A stretch of DNA of 63,603 nt, filler included, from Collodictyon triciliatum (Eukaryota), in NCBI GenBank assembly GCA_043381765.1. It is 4 parts of 4 records of this genome, joined end to end, with 100 filler letters (N's around TTAATTAATTAA, not from the genome) between each part and the next. Parts side by side here need not be neighbours in the genome. Positions count along the whole stretch, not along the records: positions 30,015 to 50,531 come from JBHJMP010001758.1; positions 50,632 to 63,603 come from JBHJMP010001763.1; 2 more parts are not named here. One strand, given 5' to 3'. Positions 35,666 to 63,603 of the stretch are shown here, piece by piece (positions within the stretch are counted from its first letter, which is position 1; each line of letters starts with the position of its first letter). Position numbers and translations under genes: made by a program. Under the pieces are notes generated by a model. That model saw only the letters and a program-made list of their open reading frames with translations, was not told where the DNA came from and did no database searches.

Positions 35666-38600
35666 TCAACTGTCCTCCTCTTCCTCCTCGTCGGGATATT
35701 CCTCCTCGTCTCCACCCTCTCCCTCGTTTGCTTCATCACCAACCTCCTCCTCTAATCCATCTCCTTTCTCCCGACCGGCTTCATCCTCGGCGGCGAGCCG
35801 TGCGGCTTCCTCCTCTTCCAGTTTGGCCAGACGCTCCGCTTCGAGCCGTTCTGCTTCCTCGGTTTTGCGTTGCTCGTCCCATTCGCGGGCCTAGAGAAGC
35901 GTGAAACGTCGTATAGCTTTGTTACGATTTTATCGAAGGATATCGGCAGTACGTGCGGTTCTAATTATGTTTCCTTTATATTCTTCAGCAACTTCAAAAT
36001 ACCACGGTCTTGGTTATATAGATTGATGGACTGTATGAGGGTCGTGTTCTATGGAATTAACCTCTTGTCGCTCTTCGTCTGTGATTTCTTGCTTGTCGAG
36101 TCTTACGAGGTCTTCATATTATGGCGGGAGTAAGATTATCATGAGTCGATGAATTTGCTAATTAATTTGATGAATTTCATGATTATATTTGTAATTTTCC
36201 CGCTTTTATATTATCATTTTTCTATTATTATTTTTTTTTTTATTTTTTGCTCGTCATCATGATTCTCTTGTTCAGTATATCACTTTCCTTGCTTATATTT
36301 TCTTCTTTTTTTTATTGTTTTATTGTTTTATGAATTCATATCAGTATGTTTGAGTTAAAAAAGTATATATTGTCTTCTTGGGAATAAGGAAACATAAATC
36401 AAAATAAGGCTCACTCGGAAGAACGAGAATTACTTCATATCGATAGTTGTCGATCTCGCAGATAGGATTCCCTAACAAAAAAAATTGTGGTGATTTTGTG
36501 GTATCAACATGAATAATATCAACATTCACTGCATAACTACCTTTCATTCCAAGCTCGGTGAGAACAGGCAGGACAACAAGTTTCGCTACTTCGATGGCTT
36601 TTTCTATTTTGTTGTCCCTGTTGATTTAAGTTGGATTAAGTGTTGATGCACAAGTCCATTTTGTCTGCGGTGTGTGTTGTAACGTCGAGCATTAAGGTGA
36701 GTATTAACACCCAAGGACATGCTAACTTAGACCACTGAAAAAAATAGATATAAGGCAACAAAGCAAACGCGTGGTTACCGAAGGTTAATCTTGGTCAGCC
36801 GAGCAAGCCTTTCAGAAAATCCAGATAAGTCACTCAGTTGATTTCCTATCAACCTTCGATTTTAGTTGATAAAAAGAAGTAGAAAAAAGAAAGTAGAGGA
36901 CAGCACTCAACGCGCACCGATTGTAGACATGGAAGAAAGCATGGGTGTGCAAAAATCGAAATTAATCAATAGCAGGCCATAAGTATCTTGTGTTTATTAA
37001 TAGGTAATATTAATGATCATTTGTTTTCGAGAAGGAAACACCTCTGAGATGAAGATACTCCAATTCAGGCATTCCATCGAGCGATGCAATTTCCGATATT
37101 TGGTTTTGAGCCTGATACGCATTTGTCATCAGTATAATAATAAAATATAGAGTAAAACACTCAGTCAAAATATCTTCAAATTAGATTACATGAAGGAAAC
37201 GCAGGCCAGATAAAAAAAAAGACGTATCTACTCCTGAAAACATCTTTTTCATTGTGTCAGAAAAAGTAAAATGCGACACATACTAGATATAACTTCGTAA
37301 GGTTAGGCAATTCAGGAAATCCTGCGGTTGATGTTAATTCACAACCTCGAGCTTCAAAAATTTTCAGAGCAGGGTGGGATTTCATCCCCGCCAAAGACTT
37401 GAGTTTGTTGTCTAACCAATTTAATAATACTTGGTTAGCAAAATGGATTGAGTGTGATTGCATCAATTAAGTGCTGAGTAAGTATAAAGAAATCATTATA
37501 GCTATGTTATGTAATGTCAGATTATATTTATATCTAACGGGAAACATACTATTGAAATTTACAGTGGACAAGTTTGGGTGAAGAAATGATTCTCCATCCA
37601 TGGTATGCAAATACTCAATTAAATTGCTGGATAAATCAAGTGTCTAAATAGCAATTTACAATCAGATATAACCATGCATAATATTCCTTTGAAAATAAAA
37701 TTGGTGCACTGTACTAATGATGATATGCATATGATATATGTCTTACATAGAGGTATGGCTTGGACGTAACATTGAAGTTATTGAGTTTGTTTTCTAAAAT
37801 TGTTGAGCGTATATTGACCATTCAAGAAAAAGTGAAAATAAATATCTGAACAACAAAAATGGTTCATAACTAAATTATATCACAAAGACCCTTAAAGTTC
37901 ATACTTTGTAGCTTCAAAATCATCAAGTTTTCCAGATTGCTAATTGATGTGCAATCTTCAATAACGTTATCAGAGAAGTCTATGTATTTTAAATGGAAGA
38001 AGAACCCAATATGCTCGATATTTTTTAATTTCTTGTTCTGTTTGGGAAAAAATATTTTAAATAAATTTATGATTGACTTTATTTTCCATTGACATAATAT
38101 AAGAAATGGTAGTGGCATGAGATAGTAGAGTGCGTAAGTCCAACAGCTATCGATTTATCGGCTGGAAGACAAACAGGAATCCAACCCAATTAATATGGCA
38201 GAAAAATGTATATACCATCTATGAAAGAAACAACTCTATTGGAGAGAGGGATGAGTTAAACCTGCAAGATGATCCTAGAATAAGCGTAGCCTATACCATC
38301 AGGAGTTTTCACCAAAGCAGATAATCCAGGCGCAGCAACTTTCGCATCAAGTGAAATCCATTCTGGAACTGGCTCCGCCTCAGGAACTGGCTCCGCCTCA
38401 GGAACTGCGTTTTCCGTCACAGGGGGCTGTGAAATAGAAGAATATGGATATCATTAAAATATATAATAATTTTGAGATTAACTCTTCCTTGTAAAACTAT
38501 TGATAACGACGATGACAAAAATAATAGAATATTAACCAAATCTATAAAAATTCGATGGTGGCCACATATTCGCATAATTTATCTAGATAAGAAAAACTGA

Positions 38601-39693
38601 GTGGCGAGATGATAACTCTCATAACATCCGCTTTGAATCGAACAAAGAAAAAAACTCTCATAACATCCGAAAAGTTTATACCTGATACGTTCCAATTTTG
38701 TAAGGAGCAAAGAGCTCCATTAAATCTTGTTCAGCAGAGAGCTCATGAAACAACTCAGAAACATCCGTTCCTATTATGTTTTTGAATCCAAGTCAAATTA
38801 TAATCATTTATAATCGATTATAATAGTTTTTTTTCAGAAAATTATCAAGAAAATAAGTGTTGCTGGGCTAAAAATAAAATAAAAAAATCATGACATGACA
38901 TGAAAGAAACAATACAGATTCGTTATTTGACCACGGATGCAAAATTTCAATTTATTTAACAAAAATATAATATTTCAAAATGAATCCAAACTTAACCAGC
39001 AAAGTTTACGCATGAAAAATTGTTTCATGTGATGTTTGGGTGTAGAGGGAACTATGTTGTATTTCTTTCTCTTTGTTTCCTCTTTCATCTGTTCTCAAAC
39101 CTGGGTTTTCGGATAGCTGGGCAACAATCTCTGGCGTCTCCTCACCAAGATCTGCCGATAACAGAGTCAGATCATAAACAGCCTGATCGATCACAACCCA
39201 CGTGCTTTCTGTGGTTGCGTGCTCCTGGAGTTCTTCGGGGCTGATCTACAGATAGTCCGCCAGTCTGTTCAGCTTTTATTCCATATCTTCATTTGCAAAT
39301 GAAAAACAATTCGAGGAGAAAAGTACAAAACATACAAAGGAACAGAAGTGATAATGACAATGATAATGATAATGATAATGATAATGATAATGATAATGAT
39401 AATGATAATGATAATGATAATGATAATGATAATGATAATGATAATGATAATGATAATGTTAATGACAATGACAATGACAATGACAATGACAATGACAATG
39501 ACAATGACAATGACAATGACAATGACAATGACAATGACAATGACAATGACAATGACAATGAAAAATGATAATGACAATGAAAATGAAAAGAAAGAAGAAA
39601 AAGAGTAGCGAAATAGCCAGAAAACGGAAAATAAAAAAAAATTGCATCAGAGAAAAAAGGAGAGGAAAGACTAACTATTCTTTCGTCAGCCAT
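35666..39693 (-). CDS. LRRC23: LRRC23-like leucine-rich-repeat protein with N-terminal cytochrome-b5-like domain and acidic tail
   Basis: GLSALVKTPDGIGYAYSRI, HLKYIDFSDNVI, LPNLTKLYLAQNQI, LEYLHLRGNQL and GNPICEIDNYRYEVILVLPNLVRLDKQEITDEER run colinearly with LRRC23 as I recall it. E-rich C-terminus. Exons 39693-39676, 39245-39101 and 38770-38682 splice in frame upstream. Confidence 0.72.
39350..39560. repeat. Compound (AATGAT)n-(AATGAC)n intronic microsatellite
   Basis: Directly visible. Confidence 0.95.
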
Positions 39694-40133
39694 CCTGGAT
39701 CTTTGCGAAGTTTCTCTGCAGCTGCCTTGCCTTCAACCTAGCTCCTTTTCCAGTTAATCTCGTTTGCGCATCGGATTCGCAATGATCACTCCTCCCCCTT
39801 CCCTGCCAAGCCGATTCTGCAGAGCTAAGTGCCGCACAGCAGAAGTGATGCAGTTGGTTTTGCAGGTAAAGAAAAGAGCTTAATTCCACAACTGGCACGA
39901 GCAACGGAATTTCTATATTACCTATTAGATATATGCGGTATAAGATTTACACTTTGATAACCACAAAATTGCAATATATACGACTTTAATTATTAATTAT
40001 CAATTTTTCCGTATAAGTAATTTTTAATATAGTATGGTTACGACGCTCAAAAATAGTTGTGCTGTGCTTGCCCTTGTCTTTGGCAGCTTGACAGCTTGCT
40101 TTATTCTTGTCCCCAACCAGAAAGGCTGTGCTG

Positions 40134-43450
<3,317 letters not shown>

Positions 43451-43996
43451 TGCGCGGTGCTTTGGTTGCTCTACAGTCACATGCGCATATACAAATCAGC
43501 AGAAAAGATTATGAAGCATGAAAAAGTGTCTTTTTTTTTTTTTTTTTGATCTTTTAATCTTTTTTCAAGGCGTATGCGACCAAGAGCAATCAAGGCTGCA
43601 CAGGACAAAGAGCTCAAAGAAGCAGCCCTCATAACACTTGAGTGTGTGTCGCGGTTGTCTGATGCAAAAGTCTTTGCCGTCACCTCTCGAAGGCGTTTAT
43701 GCGATGTCGTGTTTGTGCTTTGGTTTATTCACTTCTTTTTCCTTCCATTTATTTTATAGACCCATCGCATGAGAAATCGAACCCAACTTCGACCTATTTT
43801 TTTCTCTCATTTTTTTTTTGGGGTGGTTTGTTTGATTTTGAAGCGAAAAGGCGGGTATTTACATAAACTACATATTTCTTCTTATGGAAATAGAAAGTGG
43901 GCTTAACAAACTGCAACCGGATTTTTTCGGCGATGCCATTCCATCTTGGAATATCCAGAATTAGTATGATTCCACTTTCCTGGCAAAGCCGCCGCG

Positions 43997-46804
43997 TCAA
44001 TCTGCGTAGGACACGCTGAACCTGCTGTTGAATTGCGGCTTGCGGGGATAACCCGGCAGACGATCGGCATCTCTGGCCCTCGGAGTTGAGGGAGTTCTCG
44101 GCGTAGATGGGGCAGTGGGCACTTGCCTGAGCAATTGGGATATGGCCGACCTGGGCGTTTGGATGGGCATGGCGTTCTGTTGTGATGTGATGGACGCTAG
44201 GATATCGGTTGAGGGCGGATAAGCGGTGGTGAAGTTTGGCGCGTCTGAGGGTGGCTCATCTAATGACATCGGTGCAAAAGTAGTCGGTGCTTGCAAAACC
44301 CGGCTGAGTGGAAGCTTTCCTGCTCGTGGAGTGTATCCGTAATCTGCCGGGGTCTGTATGGGTGGAAGTGTTGTCGGAGCGGCGTTTTCTGTGGTCGTTT
44401 TGAAGACCTCGCTGGTAATGGCCTTCAGGTGGCCGGATAGAGGTGGATTTTCGACGCCTTCGGTTGTAGCAGTTTCTTCGATAAGGTTTTCTGTCACATT
44501 TGGTGCGGGTGGAGGTACTGAAGTTTGATTGGACGTAGATGGTGTCATGTTTGGGAAGGTGACTGGTGCTTGGATAATGCTGAGCGGGTCGACTCCTCTC
44601 TTGCGTAACTCCTCCATCAGAAGTTTAGTTTGCATCATAGAAGATTTCAAACTCTCTGCAAGCCGCATTCCTGAAAATAATGGAATCAGGTTGGATGAGA
44701 GCTATTGTTGTAAATATAAATTGATTGAAAATGGGTTGGAAATAGGGTTCGTCTAGGATACATATTGGCTCCATCTCAAGAAAACCTTTTTCTTCCTTTT
44801 CCTTGAACTTATCCTGCACTCTATATTGTTTTTTTTTTTTTTTTTTTGAAGAGCGGTGAAATTAAAAATTGGTCGCTGGTGGTGCTGACAATATGCAAAA
44901 AAATATTAAATCNNNNNNNNNNNNNNNNNNNNNNNNNNNNNNNNNNNNNNNNNNNNNNNNNNNNNNNNNNNNNNNNNNNNNNNNNNNNNNNNNNNNNNNN
45001 NNNNNNNNNNNNNNNNNNNNNNNNNNNNNNNNNNNNNNNNNNNNNNNNNNNNNNNNNNNNNNNNNNNNNNNNNNNNNNNNNNNNNNNNNNNNNNNNNNNN
45101 NNNNNNNNNNNNNNNNNNNNNNNNNNNNNNNNNNNNNNNNNNNNNNNNNNNNNNNNNNNNNNNNNNNNNNNNNNNNNNNNNNNNNNNNNNNNNNNNNNNN
45201 NNNNNNNNNNNNNNNNNNNNNNNNNNNNNNNNNNNNNNNNNNNNNNNNNNNNNNNNNNNNNNNNNNNNNNNNNNNNNNNNNNNNNNNNNNNNNNNNNNNN
45301 NNNNNNNNNNNNNNNNNNNNNNNNNNNNNNNNNNNNNNNNNNNNNNNNNNNNNNNNNNNNNNNNNNNNNNNNNNNNNNNNNNNNNNNNNNNNNNNNNNNN
45401 NNNNNNNNNNNNNNNNNNNNNNNNNNNNNNNNNNNNNNNNNNNNNNNNNNNNNNNNNNNNNNNNNNNNNNNNNNNNNNNNNNNNNNNNNNNNNNNNNNNN
45501 NNNNNNNNNNNNNNNNNNNNNNNNNNNNNNNNNNNNNNNNNNNNNNNNNNNNNNNNNNNNNNNNNNNNNNNNNNNNNNNNNNNNNNNNNNNNNNNTTGTT
45601 TAAATTTTTGGTTATTGTTAAGAAATGTTTTTTTTTCCTTTTCCTTGAACTTATCCTGCACTCTATTTTTTTTTTTTTTTTTTTAGAGACGGAAGGATAA
45701 ATAAATTGGGTGGCTGTGTGTGCAATAATGTAGATGAAAAGCATATCTCATGATTTTAGAAATACTTTAGCAATTGAGAACGGAATGCTTTTGCATCCTT
45801 TTCGATCTGTGTCTTCATTTCATTTCTAAGCAGGACTTCATTGTCTGCTCGCTCTCTTTCTCTTCGAATCTATTTTGAAGAGAAATAAGGGTCACCGAAA
45901 ATAGACGAGCAATAGTTTAATATCACATAGTGTCTAATTTAGAGATAAGGTGTTTCTTCGCTTCTCTTTTTATCAGTATATATAACCTCATCTTCTCGTT
46001 TAAATATGGTTTCTCTCAGCTCTGCCTTTTGGTGTTCCTTAAGTGACATGGCTTCTACGTGCTCAATCTCCAGTTGTATAATTTTCTATATGTATTTTGT
46101 TGGCGTCATATATGAGAGATAGAAAATCACTTTGAAAGTAAAGCAGGAGGGTGAGAAGGACCCAAACCTCTCTGAACCCCTTCAGCTCTTGTATCTCCAG
46201 GAGGAGTTGCTGCTGTTGGTGTCGAAGCTTTATTATTTCATCTTGGTATTGTTTCAACTCATTTGCATGTCTTTTGTTTATTTCCTCAATTTGGTCATGG
46301 TGCCTTTGCAATAAATGGAGCATGTCTCGCTCGTGCTCTTGAAAGGCAATCTGCATTCATTTGACATTATATATATATATATATATAAACCCTAGTAAGC
46401 GATGACTCCATCAAATAGGATATATAAAAGATAGAGGAGAAAAGTGAAAAGTGAAAAGTGAAAAGTGAAAAATGAGACAATAGGAAAATAAGAAAATTGA
46501 AAATGAGGAAATTGAAAATGAGGAAATTGAAAATGAGAAAATTGAGAATGAGAAAGCTGAAACCCGAAAAAAAATCGTAAATGAAAATGAAAAGTAAATA
46601 TACTTTCCAAGTTTCTCTAAAAACAGACTCTTGCTTCAAGAGACATGCCTGAAGTTCTACTTTGGCTGCTTTTCTTATATGCTCTAGCTTTTCGTCATAA
46701 ACCTGCCGCAAGTATATCCTCTTTCTGGTATGCTATTTCAAATATTAAGACAACACCAATCTTAGCCAACATCCCCACTATCCAGCACAAAATTGAAAGA
46801 AAGA

Positions 46805-46846
<42 letters not shown>

Positions 46847-48791
46847 ACAACACCAATCAAAATCAAAATGTTGCGATATATTATTATTATTATTATTATT
46901 AAAATTCTATAATTACCGATTGAAGTTCATCATCCATAATTTTTTCATGTTCTTCACACAAAAGATATACTAGTCGGTCATTTAGCTTCGTATCATAATT
47001 TTTCCTCGTGTGAATTTCGTCCTGTATTTTCACAAGATAAATAGATCCAGTTTAATACATGAACCCTCATTTGTATATTATCTGTTATTCGTTCTGTTAT
47101 AAATCTAACATGAAGAGCTAATTATATGAGAAAAAAAAGTACACCTTTAATGCCTCCCTTAATTTTTCATACTGCTCCACCAAAATTTGGTAAACAATAG
47201 GAACGAATTGCTTCTGACATGACTTTTATTTTGAAAATAATTAAATGATTATTACAAAGAGTAATTATATTGTAAAATGCGAGTCAACATAAGGTTGTGT
47301 TAAATCAATTGGCGCGCTTACCGGATGATGAATTGAGAAGTCATTCAGTAGTATTGTCATTTTATCTTTAAAAACAACAAGTAACTCATCATCCAGGTCA
47401 TTTTTTGCATCAGTTACTTCTCCCAATACTGATTTTACAAATGCCTTTTTTTGGACGAGAGAACTCATTAAAATAATGGTGGCAATAATCAAATCAATCA
47501 GGATGAGTGTGTCCCTGTGCCAATTCATAAACGGATTCATGTAACAAAATGTGAATAGAGCAAACATACTGTATACTGTTCGTTCCTCTGCCTCACCCTA
47601 TCACGTATTTGAGATCTTTGATATCCTGGGGACTGAATGAAACAAAATCGGTGTGAAAGTATTCAGCCATTAATTTTTTGTTATAAAGAAAAAAACGCGC
47701 ATGAAAAAAAAAGTAATTTTTATGTTAAGCGAAGGGAAAATATAATTAACCACCATAGAATTCGTTCCATCCTGGAGTGCAGCCACAAATCTCGGTGCTC
47801 TGTGTAAGATAGTACCTCTGCTTTTGCGGCGAGGCTTTTGGTCAGGTCTACTAGAGGAGCGGGATAAGCGGCTAGATGGTGTTGGTAAGTCAGATTCAGA
47901 TGACTTTGTCTGATATTGCCCACCAGGCACTTGCTCAAGCAAGCTGTTCGAAGTTTCCCCTTTTAATGGTGGTGCTTCACTACAATTAGGCTCGTCTGTT
48001 GTAACCAATTCCTTCTGTTTTTCTACTAGGTTACGAATTGAATTAATCGAATCTTTCCCAGGGGTTTTTGACTCGGCTAAATCCTCCAACTCATTTATAT
48101 TTTCATTTGGTTGGGGTGGCTTTGGGCTGTTTGATGTTTGCGTGCCATTTAAGCTTGGAGGAGTAAAAGTGCGAAGTAGCTCAGCATCCGCTATGGAATT
48201 GAAGTTTACATCGAATTCGTTTGCTAGCATCTCGCGTGAAGGTAATGGGTGTTCTTGGAATTTGGCCTCCGTTCTTTCTTCCAAGGTTTGCCCGTGATAC
48301 AGTAGTGTTTGCAGAGTTAAGGACGTAGGTGGAAGATTGACGATGGGATCGATTTTCGAACTGGATGGGATGAACTGAATCCCCGGGTAAATTGGATTGG
48401 TCAAAGAAGAATGATTTGACATGTGCATGATTGGTTGAGTCTTAAGCTGAGAGTGTGCATCTGTAAGAATCTCCTTGCGCCAATTATGGTCACTTCCATA
48501 GCCTCTTTGATTATCCTCCTCATCGTTGTCATTGTCGTAAAAGTCGCTGGAGTATTGCGACCCGTTGGAGCCTCCATCAAAGTCCGCTTCGTGCTCAGCT
48601 TCGACTGGGAGAGAAGGATCAGGAAAAAGGGAGGCTGGATCAAACTTTGCAATGATTTCCTTCTGAGTTGCCAGGCGCTGTGAAGAGCTCTCGCTCAAAT
48701 GCTTCTCGTGCTGCTTCTTTGATTTTATCAGGCGGGCGAGAATCTGATCCTCGATGGACGTGAGTCCAGGCTGATCGCTTGCGTTGGACAT
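43997..48791 (-). CDS. Hypothetical protein: disordered N-terminus, central coiled coil, P/T/S-rich C-terminus
   Basis: A ~1-kb first exon (MSNASDQPG...), several in-phase E/K/Q/L-rich exons (e.g. HTRKRIYLRQVYDEKLEHIRKAAKVELQ; IAFQEHERDMLHLLQRHHDQIEE) and a ~670-nt last exon. No family recognised. Confidence 0.6.
44913..45595. other. Scaffold N gap, probably spurious (flanks overlap)
   Basis: Both flanks share ttccttttccttgaacttatcctgcactctat plus poly-T, and each degrades into a noisy copy of the other side. Confidence 0.75.
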
Positions 48792-50191
48792 GAAGCCGGC
48801 CTTCCTCCTTTTGGTCTGCTTTCTATCAAGATGGACAATTGAGCTACGATGGGTGACTCGAAATAGATTTTCACAGGGCACAAACAGATCTGCGCTGTTT
48901 GAAGAAAAATAATAATGGTAATAATAATTGTTGGTGACAAAGCCGTTGGCAGGAAACCCTGCGGAAAAGAGAAACGATAACAAAGGAAACCAGCGCGCCG
49001 TTGGCGAAGGTGAAGGATAAATGCAAAGAAGGTGCCTATTTCCAGGAAAATCCATACAAGTTCTACATGTTATAATTATGATACTACATATATTCAACTA
49101 TAAGACTTATTTTCGTAAAATCTTATTATATAGAGTTATAACTATATATTCCATAAATAGATTTAAAGGGGGCGACATTAAGAACCCACATTAGAAAAGG
49201 TGGGACCACAGAGCATTAGGTACAGCAGCCACTTCATGGAAAATATACATATTTGAATAAAGTGTAATATTTTATTTGGAAAATGCGTCATCATATTACG
49301 CAAGAAGCTTGTCAAAAATAAAATGAAAGGGTGATTTGCTATTTTCCTATGTGATTATGGAAGAAGCAAAAAAACGATTTATAAATTCATTTGCAGACAC
49401 GAGCAGACTAAAGCGTGCCAATCCATTCAAACGTGGGTATATAAGCGATTATGCGGGTGTCGCGTGCCGTTCGGGCCTTCTTTAGTTTCATTTCTGTTCC
49501 TGGCGCCCCCTTTGCGCTTTTGCATATGCCAGGAGATGCCCTTCAATCCGCTTTTCTTTTCTTCTCTCTTTTCAAAACGAACCACAAAGAAAAAAAAAAG
49601 GAGAAATAATTATAACAAAAAAATAAAGTGGTTGTGTGAAAACAAACACGATAATTGCTGGTGTCGATGAAAATTAAGCACAAGACAAAGGCGACTGCTA
49701 GGCCATGATGGACATGATTGCCGAAGGATGGTTGGGTTAGCGAGCCTCTGTCCCAATCACAAGAGGCATCAATTATTCAATTATTCGATTATTCAATCAT
49801 TCAATCGCCCAATCATTCAATCATTCAATCAAAGGCACACGCTCCAAGTTATTTGGATGACCACAATTAAGCCACGCGCCCGAATTGCGGGAAACCTTCT
49901 GTTTCTCTATGATTTTTTCTAGCTTTTCTCCACGGACAATTTTTTTCTTCTCCGGCTGGATTATCCCCTGGTATATAAACCCCACATGAAAGTTGCAAGC
50001 ACTTTTCTGATTCTAAGTGAATCTGTTATGCGCTTGGCTACAATCGCTGGTCCCGATGTATCTAATCACAAGAGGCACCAGAACAAACACCTACCGTGGG
50101 GAACTCACGCGAGCGAGAGGATGCAGAGACACAAAAAGACTTCATGCCGCTTGCCTCGCTAACAAAGTCCAAATTCTTACTCTCTTTCTAG

Positions 50192-50300
50192 ATGGAACTG
50201 ACAGAGACATCACGCTTCGGTGTCACCGTCAAGGATCTTCGCGAGTTGCTGGAGGCTGAGAAGGAGAAGGGCGTCGAGCTGCTGAATACGAAATATGGAG
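50192..50300 (+). CDS. N-terminal exon of a probable P-type IIB Ca2+-ATPase (PMCA-like); remainder lost at the linker
   Basis: MELTETSRFGVTVKDLRELLEAEKEKGVELLNTKYG|gt resembles the PMCA N-terminal FGITLAELRALME...ESYG segment. It is a single exon only. Confidence 0.45.
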
Positions 50301-50531
50301 GTCTGCAAACCCTTCATTTCTTCTCTCTTCATTTCTCCTCCACTGAGGCGCTACACCTGGATTTCGCGTAGTGTCTTTCACTGCGATAGCAGCCCACTCA
50401 TATATCTTATCTCCTCTCCACTCCCGCTCTCAATCCACACAGAATCAAATTCGTAGAACATTTCCTTTAAACTCCACATTTATCATGACTGCACGGAGAT
50501 TCATATAATCTGCTTTTTTTTTTTTGTTGTT

Positions 50532-50631
50532 NNNNNNNNNNNNNNNNNNNNNNNNNNNNNNNNNNNNNNNNNNNNTTAATTAATTAANNNNNNNNNNNNN
50601 NNNNNNNNNNNNNNNNNNNNNNNNNNNNNNN
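50532..50631. other. Assembly linker (N44-TTAATTAATTAA-N44) truncating two converging genes
   Basis: Same linker structure; the genes on either side lack their 3' ends. Confidence 0.95.
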
Positions 50632-50664
50632 GAAATGCATTATCTTCAAATAATAATAATAAAT

Positions 50665-50763
<99 letters not shown>

Positions 50764-50791
50764 CAACCCCTTCTGATATTAAATGAATTAC

Positions 50792-63138
<12,347 letters not shown>

Positions 63139-63603
63139 TGGAATATTTTTCCGGGATATAGCTCCGTGAGAATTAGGGGGTCTCTATGAAAGAGGTCCAG
63201 CTGTACAGTCTTTCTGTCAGTAATTAATCATGTTTATGTGCAAATAAATAAATGCGGGTAGTACCTTCGTATCAATATAATTGCAAGCCCTTCGTTTTAG
63301 GAATAATCATGTATGCAATAAATATATTTCCATTTTGAATAGACTGTCGCATGATATGAATGATGTCAAGGAAATTTATTATGTAAATTCCTTTTATTGA
63401 TAATATGCTCGCTGGTATCTTCTCTGCCACTATATTTACTTCTTTCTCTAATTCTATGCATTAAAAGTAACATATCCCGACGACATGTGAAAAAAGGGGC
63501 AAAAGATGTAATTACCAAAGGGGGGGGGGGGGGGGGAAAAAAAAAAGGGGGGAAAAAAAATAAAAAAAAATTTAGCAAACGACCCTTTGAAAACCCAAAA
63601 AAA

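Noticed and set aside
39269-39647. ORFs of poly-I/V, DN, SL, HC and similar (also poly-L, -Y, -N, -K, FVCL elsewhere)
   Set aside because: Translations of non-coding microsatellites.
44790-45700. Apparent duplicated exon (VQDKFKEKE) on both sides of the N gap, possibly mutually exclusive exons
   Set aside because: Each copy decays into noise immediately beyond a poly-T tract in a reciprocal way, typical of low-quality read ends. The gene splices in frame using one copy.

Overview
Intron-rich, AT-rich nuclear DNA from a microbial eukaryote; no prokaryotic, CRISPR, rRNA or tRNA features were recognised. The standard genetic code fits, introns are GT-AG and many carry microsatellites, and an LRRC23-like gene suggests a flagellate. 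The window has three 100-bp N-TTAATTAATTAA-N scaffold linkers and one ~680-bp N gap. Manual exon splicing gives, in order: the 3' part of INO80 (+), NADPH-cytochrome P450 reductase (-), a divergent type-I phosphoribosyltransferase (+), BiP/GRP78 (+), a DUF4476-like/VWA/arrestin/FYVE gene (+), a UROD-like/FYVE fusion with altered catalytic motifs (-), a NEK2-like kinase (+), a cytochrome-b5-like/LRRC23 fusion (-), cystathionine gamma-lyase (-), a coiled-coil hypothetical protein (-), one N-terminal PMCA-like exon (+, truncated by a linker), and a large single-pass receptor with Kelch/CUB/Cys-rich modules, a TKL kinase and a class III cyclase (-, 3' truncated). The best leads are the unusual domain fusions, chiefly the apparent UROD pseudoenzyme with an intact PI3P-binding FYVE finger. 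All gene models are hand-built and all family calls come from motif recognition, not database searches.
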